Notes under the pieces: model-generated | What the model saw: only the letters and a program-made list of their open reading frames with translations | Database searches by the model: none | Told to the model about the DNA's origin: nothing | Assembly: GCA_030704615.1 (NCBI GenBank) | Contig: CM060731.1 | Location: 51,832,001-51,896,000, forward strand | From: Takakia lepidozioides | Taxonomy: Eukaryota; Plantae; Bryophyta | DNA: 64,000 bases | Reading direction: 5' to 3' | Program-made: the position numbers and the translations under genes | Part shown: positions 38,301 to 49,400 of the stretch, piece by piece | Position numbering within the stretch: position 1 is the stretch's first letter | Layout: each line of letters begins with the position of its first letter

Positions 38301-41164
38301 TGCTATAAATTACGCTCCTATAGCTCCTAGTCATCAGTAATCATAAGTATAGTTCCTGAATCAGCGGACTATTGCAAGTGATCAAAGCGATGGACGTGTT
38401 GTCACGACCGTAATAGGTATCCCAGTGTACGCAAAAGAGATGATCAAGTTCCTTCCTGTCTTGCCGTACTTCTGCCTCCGTTATCATCATAGAACCTGCA
38501 GTGTTCAATATCTACAGGTCTACGTGAATTTGGAAGTCTATGGTGTGACATCGATTACTACATAACTGCAAGTCTGGTGAAATCGATTAGATCTGCGCAT
38601 TGTAGGGCGTTGCTCTCCTATAGGTAGTTCGTCACGGAATGATGCCAAGCTCTCGGGCTTGCTACCGCCCCTCAAAACAAAATGCATTGTAGCTAAAATT
38701 TAAATTCACTGGCCTACTCGCACCGAGTCAGGTGCTGATGGTTTTTCAGATCCCTCGGATAAGACCTTCGCGAGTACGGCAGTAGCGTTCCTGACTAGCA
38801 CACTCATTTGCAATCAGAGCACGTCATCTCGTTACGTCTGCGATGCGTACATTTGTACTTGACATCTCTTTTGGTCAAAAAGTGTGAAATCTTTGTTGAT
38901 TTCTTGCATGCGACTTACCGTACTTCAGATGGGGACTCGGAGTCAGTGTTTTATTTTTCATCGCTGAGTCATTTTCCAGAATCTGGCGATTTTGAAAACA
39001 CTGTTCGGAGTTGAAATGTGAGGCAGTGACTATTGCAACCCGCAAAGCAAAGGGTCGTCGTATTGCAGTGGGTCGCCCCTTTTTCTTTTTTCTTCTTAAA
39101 ATGAACACGGAACGGTGGCTCTAGGTAGGGTCGCCCTTCACACCCGGAGCCTGCAAGAAAATTTCCCTACAGAAATAAGGGTGCCCAAAAACAATGCCTC
39201 TCAATGGGCACGTGCGATGTGGCCGGTGGGCCCCGTGCACAGACGTCCGGCTCCCCAGCACCCGGACCGCCCCGCCCCGCCCACCCGCGGGCGTGGCTGC
39301 AGCAACCGCGCCAGCGCCCCCGTCCGCCGCGCGGCCAGTCCCCCGCCCATAAGTCCGCTGCCCTCCAATATGCCAGTCCGGTGCTGGCCAGCCTGCTGCC
39401 CAGCAGTCTGCCAGTCCCAGTCTGCCCGCCAGTCTGCTGGCCAGTCCCCTGCCATCCAGTCCGCTGACGGCGCAGAATCGCCACCGTCCATTCCCATAAC
39501 CCATCCGAGCCCTCCATTTTTAGGGCTGCGAAAATGGCAATGATCTTCCCACCAAATCCCGGCCGCTCTCTTTTGACGGCTGTTTGTTGTCCGATGTTAC
39601 GGTAGGCGTTTCCATGCACGCGACTGTTCCTCTTTTGCGCGCGATGTTCATGATGATGATGAAGCGTGTGCTTGAACATGAGAGGACTGTCTCGGCACTA
39701 CAGCCACCATCGTGCTGCTTCCACTATTTTTGCCTTCTTGTTCCAGACTGAAGAAGGAGCGAAGGTACTGGTACTCACCAGACGAGTTTGATCATAAAAT
39801 AGTGGAAGCATTTGTAGACCTCCACGCCCGGAAGCCCAAAAACTCGAATTGGCAGAAGGACAAGCTCTTCTGTCCCTTCTGTGAAGAGGTTATCAAGGAC
39901 AAAATCCAACTAAATCGGCATTGTGTTGACACGGGTTGCAAGGAGACTGTTGCAATGATTCCACGGGATTTCAAGCCTTGGCCGATACTAAAAGAAATGT
40001 CGATTGTCAAAGAGGCCACAATGCGCTTGCGCGGATCAGTGCTTGACCCCCGCACTTTGGAATTAGAGGAAGTATGCGCACGGTATGGCGTCCATTCTGG
40101 TGGCCCGTCAATGGAGGATTTGCAAGTGCAGGGAACGCCGGACGCTCCCAGAAAACATAAACCGAGTGATGGGGCCCAAAAAAAGGAGAAGGCTGCAAGG
40201 TCTGCTCGCGAGGCAAGGGCAAAATCCACGCAACAGACTGAACCCCGTCCTGGGCGGCAGACCCACACCATCAGTATTGATACTGAAAGTGAATCTGCTC
40301 AGGGCTTGGAAGGGGTGACAAGTCCAGTGGACATTGACTTGCCTGACCAGACTCGGCAGCAGACTCACACAAATATCACGACCCATACCATCGGTTTAGG
40401 GTCAAAACCAAAAACTCAACAGAGCACTGAAGGGCCAGTCTGCCCTGGCACATTGCGCCTCGTTGACTTTGGGCTTTTCCCACCAGAGTGCCCACCAATT
40501 GGGGATCCAGACTTCTTCCGTTATTTCTACAGAGTTGCCCAGTCAGGTCTGCTACGCACATTTATCCGACAGGCGGAACAGAACTGGTTGAACAGCTTTG
40601 AAGATGAAGATGACGATGATGAAGTAGAAGAGGTAATGGTCAGTCTGACCGCCCAGTCTGTTCTCTGTGCTGTTTGAGTCCATCATCGGGGTCACGTTGC
40701 CTATTCAGTCTGGTCAGTCCGCTGCGTTCTCTCCTCAGTCCGCTGGCTCACTCCGCTCGCCAGTTAGTCTATTTTATATCGCTGCATTACTTACTGAGTC
40801 CGTTTGTCAATTCGTTGATCCAATCCACTGGTATAGTCTACTAGTTACCTCCACCCTACATACGCACGTTACAGTCTGCTAGTCTGTGAGTCCAGTCCGC
40901 TGCATGAGGTGAATATAGAGTCCACGTCCATGTTCCTGACGTCCAAGTTCTCTGCCGTGTACCAGGATGAACGTGTTTCTATTCGTAGGGCCATTCAGGC
41001 TTGGCGGATACCTAGCAATGATGCTCCTTTACAAGCGACTGCAGTGCGTGCGGAAGTGGACCGCGTGCGAGAGTACATATTATTGAAGTATCTTGGGTCA
41101 TATGCTGCTATAGCGGCATTACATATTCAAGACGCATCGGGGGGGGAATGCGTCTGGGACAGCC

Positions 41165-41345
41165 GAGTCTGCCATCCAGCAGACTCCTATTCAGCAGGCC
41201 GTCATCCAGCAAACTCCCGTTCAGCAGCCTGTCATCCAGCAGACTCCAACGGAGCAGACTCCCAACGATCAGCCTGTCATCCTGCAGACTCCTCTCCAGG
41301 AGCCCATCATGCAGCCCATGCCAATGGGAAGTCATGTCATCCAAC
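41165..41345 (+). repeat. Degenerate ~30-bp tandem repeat (CAGCCTGTCATCCAGCAGACTCC...)
   Basis: GTCATCCAGCAGACTCC-like unit repeated about six times; encodes QPVIQQTP in one frame. Confidence 0.8.
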
Positions 41346-42519
41346 AGACTGACCAGCAGACTGCCTTTCTCTCACATAGCACGGCGTTTTTTGCAGTTTG
41401 GCGATCGCCATCACCGGTAATTCGACCCGGAGCTAAAGACCTCACACTTCTCCAGCTTAGGGTGGGAGAAATTAATCCCCATTTGGATTGGCGTAATGAG
41501 CTCCACCGGATTGTTGCGGACCGCCGGTGGTCATTTGTACCCTTTCATTATTCCATGGAGTTTTCTATTGAGGAAGCCAACCATGTTCTAGAAGCCGCCT
41601 CTGTTGTTGCCATTGAAGCCACAAGCGACCAAAATGCGCCGCCTCTACTTGTGCAGCTGATTCTCATGGATGACCCATGGCCTGAAGACCTCAGACATAT
41701 GCCTATGGCACATCCAACCTTTGGGGTGCGAAGAAAGCACTTGTTCGGATTGACTGAGGAGGACTTTGAGCGCATGGCAGCTTCCTTCCTACAACACAGA
41801 TGGATGCAATTTGGCAATCTCCACTCATACAACAAGTTGATGAAGGATCTGCATAGTTTGAGGATGGACTTACTCCATGGAACAGACCATTCACAGAAGT
41901 TTGTGGTGGATGACGCATTGCACTGGTTTGCATTGGTGATGGAGCGAGCAGTATTCGACATTGTTTTGCAGAATCCCAATGTCTTCAAAGTCCTGTGGTG
42001 TGGGATCCCAACTGAAGACCGCATCGGCGCCATTGTTCATCTCGATGGAGCATGCCTGTGCCGGCAAATCAAGGACATTGGCCTCGTCGGAAATCTCTTG
42101 GAAGGTAAAATGTTATGGGCAACTTTTGTGTTTCAGTTCAATTTCTTTTGCCAACTTTTTTAGAAGTTCACATTTGCATAAACATGTGTTGCAGGGCGAG
42201 TTGATCTGGGAGACAAGCAAGTGCAGGCTGCTTTCGACTCTTTTGCCAGAGGTGCAAGGGACCTTGTCCTGGCTTTACAAGGAGTTCGGGAGACTATCCA
42301 ACAGACTGGCCACAAGAATGTCCAACAACATATTCCCCACACACATGTGGGCAGACTGCCCAAGTGCTGGAGACCGAGCATGTGCACCAGACCGTCCCGG
42401 GTAATAGGCCGGATCACTCCCAGCAGAATGCCCCGCACACACATACTCAGTATGTGCAAATAGTATTGAGCGGGCAGCGAACTTTGCAGACTTTGCAGCA
42501 GATCGGAGAACAGACCGGC

Positions 42520-42780
42520 CAACATATTGCCCCTCAGCCGACTGTGCAGCAGACCAGCGAATATGGCCACCAGACTGCCCCTCAGCAGACTGTGCAGCAG
42601 ACCGACGAATCCAGCCAGCAGATTGCCCCTCAGCAGACCGTGCAGCAGACCCCAGCCAGCAGATTGCCCCTCAGCAGACCGTGCAGCAGACGACGAATCC
42701 AGCCAGCAGATTGCCCCTCAGCAGACGTGCAGCAGACCGACGAATCCAGCTAGCAGATTGCCCCTCAGCAGATTGTGCGG
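42520..42780 (+). repeat. ~48-bp tandem repeat encoding QQIAPQQTVQQTDESS
   Basis: ATTGCCCCTCAGCAGACYGTGCAGCAGACCGACGAATCCAGCCAGCAG, about six copies, with indels that shift frame. Confidence 0.9.
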
Positions 42781-45700
42781 CACACTGGCGAACCCACTCA
42801 GCAAATGGCCGAGCAGACTATCTAGGAGACTAACAGCCAGTCTGTTCCTTGGATTGTGCAACAGACTCGGATGCACTGGCCTCACCGGGACCTTGTGGAC
42901 GAATTTCTGCTGAGTTCCCAACAACATGTTTTTGGATCTGCCAGTATGAGTGTTTTGACCGAGTCCACTTTTCCCCCAGGCACATTCACTGACAACGTCA
43001 TCAGGTCACCGATAAAGCATTCTTATCCAGCTCCCCGTGGCCTGCCTTCTATGACCTTCCAGCTTAGTCCCATTTTTGTGCGCTCAGTGGTGAAAGCCAT
43101 AGATGAGTCTTACGTGATGACCAAACTCAATCTGGGAACGTATCATAGATCTTACAGAAGAGTCTGAGGAAGCAATTGCCGGTGGGTCTTCCATACATGT
43201 TCTTAATGTTTCCCAAGTCCATGGAGATCCGAACACCCAGCCGGCTGTCCACTAGACTGACCAGCACACTGAACAGTGGACACATGGAAGGACTGCCGAG
43301 CAACCTGTGGCGGGGCAGCATACTGTCTTCATTGATGAGCAGACTGAACCGCAGACTAACCAGCAGACTGCACAGGTCAGAGATGGAAGGACTGACCAGG
43401 ATGGCTCGGAGCGGCAGACTGCACAGCTCAGCTCTGACTGCACAGTTCAGACTGCACGGCCTGACCATCACACTGCACACTTCACAGAGGGAAGGATTGA
43501 CGACCAACCTGCCACCGAGCACATTGCCCACATTGAGGAAGAAACTGAATCGCAGAGTTGCCAGCAGACTGCACAGTTCACAGACGAAAGGACTGACGAA
43601 GAACCGGCGGCCGAGCAGACTGCCCACATTGAGCAACAGACTGAACATGCTGGCAGACACACTGACAATGAACCACATGCGGCGCAGACACTGTCTGGTA
43701 TAGCGCTGGATTACATGGAGTCTGCTCCCTCACCCCTTGGGCAGGTTGTGCCATTTCCTCTTTCAGCACTGTTGTTTATGTTTTAGCACATTGTGAAATT
43801 GGGCTAATTCGTCATTTTGCTCGGTATCCTCACAGGATGTTCGTCCCTCCATCGACAGACTGTCTACTTCTGAGGACATGACATCTTCCGCCCATGCTGC
43901 AAACGTGGGATCGACAACCAAGAAAGGTGTGGGGGTGAGCACAGCCCCCGATGCGCGGGTCAGTTCTACGCATGTGACCCACGAAGCTGCAAAGACAGGT
44001 CCAGCAAGTGTAAACAAACCTGCTGACCAGCCTCTGTTGCGAAGTAGGGCGGCAGTGTTGCGTTTGTCTGCTCTATCCAGCCCGCCTACAGTTGTCCCTG
44101 GTTCCCAGGGGAGAGGCAAAGCCAAGAAGCGGACTGTCGTGGACCATGCTGAGGAGGTCGAGGAGGGTCCGAGTACCAAAAGATTGGCGAAGAAAAAATC
44201 TGGTGTCTTTATGAACAAGAACCGCAAGCTGGCCTTGGACATGGACAAAGATGTAGGTCGTTTCCTGGAGCAGTACAGGTGAGTACTGCGCTCAGTCTCC
44301 TCGTCTGTCTTTGTCGTTAAGTGCTTTGCGCTCTGTTGTGGTCAGTCTGCATGCTGGTCAGTCTGTTGCTGGTTTCATCATTGTCTGTTGTGGTTAATCT
44401 TGTCAGTCTGATGAATTGTTCAGCCTGTAGAGTGTTTGGTACCATGTTGACGTCAGTCTGTTCAGTACATGAGGCTTCCCAAAGGATGGTCTGCTCTGTG
44501 CAGGATGGGTGCTCGGTTTGGCAAAGCACATGCTCTGCACGTGAAGGCGGGTAATTCCATGCTGATGTTTTTTGAAGGGGATCCACGGTTTGAATGCGGA
44601 CTGTCGCCGGATGACATAAAGGCGCTCCAAAAGGTTGAGTCGGAGTGCACAGATAGACTCCTGGAGCTGTGGTGTTGATTCTATAAGAAGTCGGTTGAGG
44701 CTGCGTTCACCAACATTATTGCTGTTCTTCCAACGTCGACGTGGACGGTGTTGAAGTCATTGGGGGTGGGCCAACGTGAAAGCCTTCTGAAGGTCTTGAA
44801 AGGCTGCCTCAGCACTGAATGTCTGGGCAAGGACTTGAAAGAGTGCAATTTCATTTTGGTGCCAATTAGGGACGAGTAAGAACTCTTCCGAGTCTGCTGA
44901 GACTGTCTCCCGAGTCATAGTCTGGTTTCACAGTGTCGTCTTGACTCTGAGCGATTAAGTTGACCTTTGTATTTGTGCAGTGGACTGGGTTTGAAGATTG
45001 AGTCTGCTGAGTGGTCAGTCTGCTGAGTGTCAGTCTGCTGAGTCTGCCCATCATGATTGTGCAATGACGCCATGTTGTTTGATACCATTGCAGGGGGCAC
45101 TGGAGTGTTTGTATCATCGACCTCCGCAAGAGCTGTTACACTCACCTGAACTCTATCAGGGACTCGCATAAATGTCCCTTTGTTCTAGGGTGGATTCGGA
45201 AGCTTCATGCTGAGTGCTTAGGGTACTCAATGGACTCACCAGAGTGGCATGAGATTGTCCAAGCATTTCAGTTCCACGCGTCTGATGTGCCCCAGCAACC
45301 ATTCAGCTGGGAGTGTGGCTTTTACGTCATGTCATTCATTCAAGTGTTTTATGAGTGGGTAAAAGTCAGAGCAAATGTCTCCAAGACTGCAAAGCCAGAG
45401 AAAGGAACACCTTTCACGAAGGACTGGTTTACTTTCAAGTTTGCACTTGGGTAGCGAATGCAGTGTGCCCAGTATATCGTGCGGGGGTTGGACAATGTAG
45501 AGAAACTGTTCTCATGAGTATGATGTACTTGTCATGTGAAGTCTATGTACCGAAATAAAAATGCGAGTCTTTTCGCTTACTATTCCAGTGGTGATGAGCA
45601 CTTTTGTGTACTGTGGGTGCTGGCATGTTTTGTAATGTTGTCACTAACTCAATGGACACAATGGTGTCTATTTTTCCATGCACTGTGCACCCGAGTCTGC

Positions 45701-46160
45701 TGAGCTTGAATGTGCGAGCAGTACGCTGCCGAGGCTAGGACTGGTGGGTCTGGTACCTAGTCTGGTAGGCACCATGTCCATGAGTTCGCTGGGACGCTGG
45801 ATTGGCATGAGTCATTAGGGAGGTAGTCCACTGGAGCCTATCCATTTTGAGTCTGCTGTTGTGGATGAGTCTGCTTGAGACTTAGTCTGTCCAGCAGTCT
45901 GCTGGAAGAGTTGCAGGATGAGGTGGAAGTGTGGTGAGCAGACTTTTGGAGTGGGCAGCAAACTGACCAGCAGACTGGCTTACTGGCGCTCGCAGTCTGT
46001 TGACTGTGACTCTGTTGGGAGACTGTGCGTGAGTCCGTTGGGAGACTATGCTTGGGAGACTGTGTGGGAGTCAGTTGGGAGACTGGAGGAGTCCGTTGGG
46101 GAGACTGTGCATTAGTCCATTGCGGACTTGTATTCAGAAAGGGACAATGCTACCAGAGAA

Positions 46161-46337
46161 TTGCAGACTTATATTGTCTTCTTCGTGACACCTACACGAC
46201 GTGTTTGTCTTTTTCGAGGAATTGGACTTATATTGTCTTTCTTCGTGACACCTACACGACGTGAAACCTTGTCTCTTTTCGAGGCATTGCAGACTTATAT
46301 TGTCTTCTTCGTGACATCTACACGACCTGAAACCTTG
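46161..46337. repeat. Three ~60-66-bp tandem repeats between the convergent MULE genes
   Basis: GACTTATATTGTCTTCTTCGTGACACCTACACGAC occurs three times with minor variation. Confidence 0.9.
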
Positions 46338-46344
46338 CGAATTT

Positions 46345-47325
46345 TCAAGTATATATGTGCTGCAGGTGTAGGTGTAGACACCCTCTTGCTGGTTCTCCGC
46401 AAAACCCTAGGCCGGGTTTTCCAGGCCTCCACGAAATCTCGTCTCTTTTCAGAAACATGTTGTTGTTGTCGTTCAGAGGACGGAAAGCCTTCGCTGCCGC
46501 AGGGTGCAACATTCCAGCCGCACTTTTCGCCAGGATATCAACGAGCTGCCCTCTGCACATATGAAGAGCAGATCGGGCATGTGCCTCCAGGTATTTGTCA
46601 TCACCTACAATGCGAAGTATGTCCGCGAATTCTTGTTCCATTGAGGCTGAGACCTCCAGAGGTGCCTCGTCGTAGGGGAAGTCGTCCGGAGGATGTCTTT
46701 CCATGAACTAATTGGATTCGTCGTTGCCGCCGGCACCATTGCCCAAGAGCAAGTTAGGTAATCTCCATGAATGGTTCAGCGTCGTGCCACAAGCCGCCAA
46801 GGAGGCCATCCTGCAGGTCAGGGTGAAGCATCTTCAGGACACGGACCTGATGCTTGCATAAGTTTCCCTTCATTGCCCATGGGCAGGTGCAACAACCCCA
46901 ATCGCAATCAGGATTGTAAACAATGTATGTTGTGCCGGGGTGGTTTGCTGCTGAGAAAGTAGGCTGGTTCACCAGCACCCAAGGGAAGAGTAACACTCTC
47001 AGCAGGAATGTCTCGTGCCGCAAGTATAGAACTATATGTACTTTTCGTGTTTGTCATTTCTTATGAACCCGTGGGTCTTCAAATGGATTGCGTACCAGTA
47101 GTGTGTTAGCACACGGCCAGTGAGTTCCCCTATAAGCCAGTCCACTCTACGACCACTCATCTTGCCTTTCCCCATGACAAGTCTTGCCTTCAGATTTCCA
47201 TGGTATGCCTCAATGCTTGTGTTTGTGTCTTGGCTCGCATGAGGGACATGGCAGGCTGTTGTACACCACATTGCTATTTTGGGCTTCCAGTACTGTTCGA
47301 TATAGTCAAGAAATTCATGTCATTT
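46345..47325 (-). pseudogene. MULE transposase C-terminal fragment with SWIM zinc finger
   Basis: EFLDYIEQYWKPKIAMW...DTNTSIEAYHGNLK...GRRVDWLI..L (catalytic Glu region), then CTCPWAMKGNLCKHQ (CxCx7CxH SWIM). 5' part missing and internal stops present. Confidence 0.88.
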
Positions 47326-47405
47326 CGGTATTTTACCTTATACGACGGATATTATTATATATTATATTATTATATATTATATTATATTGTCATAATATAT
47401 ATGTA

Positions 47406-47666
47406 TCAATATATAAATCGAGACGTTTGTTTGTTTGTCACATTAAGATGTCCCAAACTACGGGGCCCCAACTTTGGTGCCTGGTACCGTTGGAAAGCCC
47501 TCGACGAGGAGGGGTGCATTGGCTTGGTCTCATGATTTTTGGACTTGCGGTGTCGGAGATATAGAATTCCAAGTACTTTGGGTAGCTGGAAATTCATAAA
47601 AAATAGCAAAATGGGGAATTCTTGGGACAATGGTTGGAGCCTCGACGGGAGAGATATCAAGGGAAA
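47406..47666 (+). mobile_element. 5' part of a Helitron-like element (same family as 10811), internally deleted and interrupted by an LTR
   Basis: A|TCAATATATAAATCGAGACGTTTGTTTG...GGTACCGTTGGAAAGCCCTCGA.GAGGAGGGGTGCA aligns with 10811-11051, then jumps to the 11331-11361 sequence. Confidence 0.75.
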
Positions 47667-48088
47667 TGTCATGCACCTCACTTCAGTAAGCTCCCCTTCA
47701 CGTCATAGTTACTCGCTTTGATGCGCGCACCTAACTCCCAAACTAGCCGCCGGGCCAACTCGGAGCTTCGGCTGCTCACCGGGACATAACGGTCCCCCTT
47801 TACAAGACCCTCGCTCAATTTGGGCCTAGTGGAAATTCCCTTTGGTTGTTGGCAGTTCGGAACAGCTCCCCACACCTTGGTCGCTTTCCGGCTCGCACGC
47901 TTACTCACTAGTTTTTGGTCACCAATGGGCTTGCACCGTTCTCGGGGTTACTACTCCTTATATATACTTCTGTGACTGTCCACGGGGGTTTCACAAACAA
48001 ACCAGTCATTTTATGATGAACCACCACGAAGACCCTCGATTCCCGGTGATGAGTCGCAATGAGTCTTGACCCACCCACCACGGCCCCA
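47667..48088 (-). repeat. Truncated solo LTR of the gypsy family at 19146
   Basis: Colinear with 19146-19577 (e.g. CTAACTCCCAAACT.GCCGCCGGGCCAACTCGGAGCTTCGGCTGCTCACCGGGACATAAC). No PBS follows. Confidence 0.92.
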
Positions 48089-48099
48089 GTCCCTTCCAG

Positions 48100-49400
48100 C
48101 GACAACCATGTCTCCTTGTACAAACTCTGTGCCCCATGCATCAGTGAATGGGTTCTTCCATGCATGAAGGGCAACAACACAGCAAATGACATAAAAGTCA
48201 ACACCCTCATCGTTCTCTTTCTCTGCATTTACGGCAAAATTGTCTCATATGTCAAGGTTATAATCACCACTGACTCCAAATTGATCCCAATCCTCGTCAG
48301 CCACTTCTTGTATGGCATGCCGCACTGTAGCAGTGTTTTTAGGGATCAAAATTTCCAACTCCCATTGTCTAGTCCAAGCTGCATTCACGCAGTCTCTCCA
48401 CTGTGAATCAAGGCAAAAACAGCAGAAGCATGCCAAGTTTTTTTTCATCAGCTTGTTAGTATCTCTACTGGCAACAGAGCGTACCGAATGTAGTTTCTTT
48501 GATCCCTTTATAGGATCAAAGTCATGTGCATTATGACGATTGACATCTCTTTCTTTCACATTCCAGAATACGCAGCACACATCTCATTTCACCCCTGAGT
48601 ATGAAGTCTCAGGCCTTGAAGACAGATGCTCTTTCAAAAACTGAACCACATCTTCTGCATTTTGCAGCTTTGGACTTTGCGCATGTAGTTGATGGTAGCG
48701 AAGGAATCTTTTGATAACTGCACCAGCCCCATCGTGAGGGCCCTTGCCATGCCCTGTACCAAAGAAACTCCAAAGCAACACACACCCTCCTGTGAGAAAA
48801 TGATATTTACTGACAAAATACCACGGCTTGAATTGGGCAGAGCACCCATCACTCCATAAGGGCGAAACAATGTAGTGGTCACAAGTTCCCAATGTAGCAT
48901 CATGCAATGCTGAACAAAATAATTGTCATGTACTTTGTCGTCGGAAATAAAGAAATGGTACTCCATCAAACTGTTAGAGGCAGGGTCAAGCACATCTTGT
49001 TGGGGATTTTGACGCCATGATATTAGAACCAAAATAGTGACTTGGTATGAATGCCAGTGCATGCTTTGCACTTTATTCTGGACTTCAAAACTATAATTTT
49101 CAGAAAAGTCCATAACTGAAACCAATACATCAGCTGGAAAATTCTTCAAGCATTCCTTGAATTGTTTGTCTTCCCATCGAGCCATGAAATTGTGACGAAT
49201 GAAAAACCGGAGTTTAGGCTTCAAATACCGTACTAAGTCGTGAGGTGGTGTCCGCTTGTACATGAGAATAAGTTTCTTTCTCTCTTGTCCCTTCTTCGCA
49301 ACGATAGTTTGCAAATCAAAGTGCTTCCACTCCACAATATGTTGTGAGGAACCATCCTCCTCGATTGGACAAAGAGGGAGATTATCAGCACCACACATTA
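48100..49400 (-). mobile_element. Fragmented DDD-type DNA transposase (possibly Sola-like)
   Basis: MDFSENYSF..Q..VQS.HW...QVTI, ISDDK.HD, WSDGCSAQFK, FFGTGHGKGPHDGAG..IKR, then a C-terminal SC.C..C-like ACFCCFC. Frameshifted. Superfamily assignment is from memory and tentative. Confidence 0.7.

Larger units (their letters stand above)
39534..45454 (+). pseudogene. Multi-exon TE cargo gene: N-terminal C2HC-like zinc finger, Gln/Thr-rich tandem repeats and a C-terminal Ulp1/C48 cysteine protease; contains frameshifts
   Basis: Putative exons 39534-39601, 39747-40632 (LFCPFC...RHC), 40966 onward, and last exon 45094-45454. The spliced end reads FILVPIRDE|GHWSVCIID...THLNS...VPQQPFSWECGFYVMSFI, giving C48 His, oxyanion Gln and catalytic Cys. 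Confidence 0.75.
39120..47325. mobile_element. Mutator-like element (MULE) with a Ulp1-protease cargo gene and a SWIM transposase remnant; boundaries approximate
   Basis: Convergent Ulp1/C48 gene (+) and MULE transposase C-terminus (-), with a shared AGTCYG-rich composition. No TIR pair or TSD identified. Confidence 0.7.

Noticed and set aside
46161-46337. CRISPR-like repeat array
   Set aside because: The 'spacers' are similar to each other, there are no cas genes, and the context is eukaryotic. It is a plain tandem repeat.
19146-48088. One giant LTR element bounded by the two LTR copies
   Set aside because: The gag-pol and PBS lie to the left of the 19146 LTR, not between the copies. The 47667 copy is truncated, has no PBS and is nested in a Helitron.
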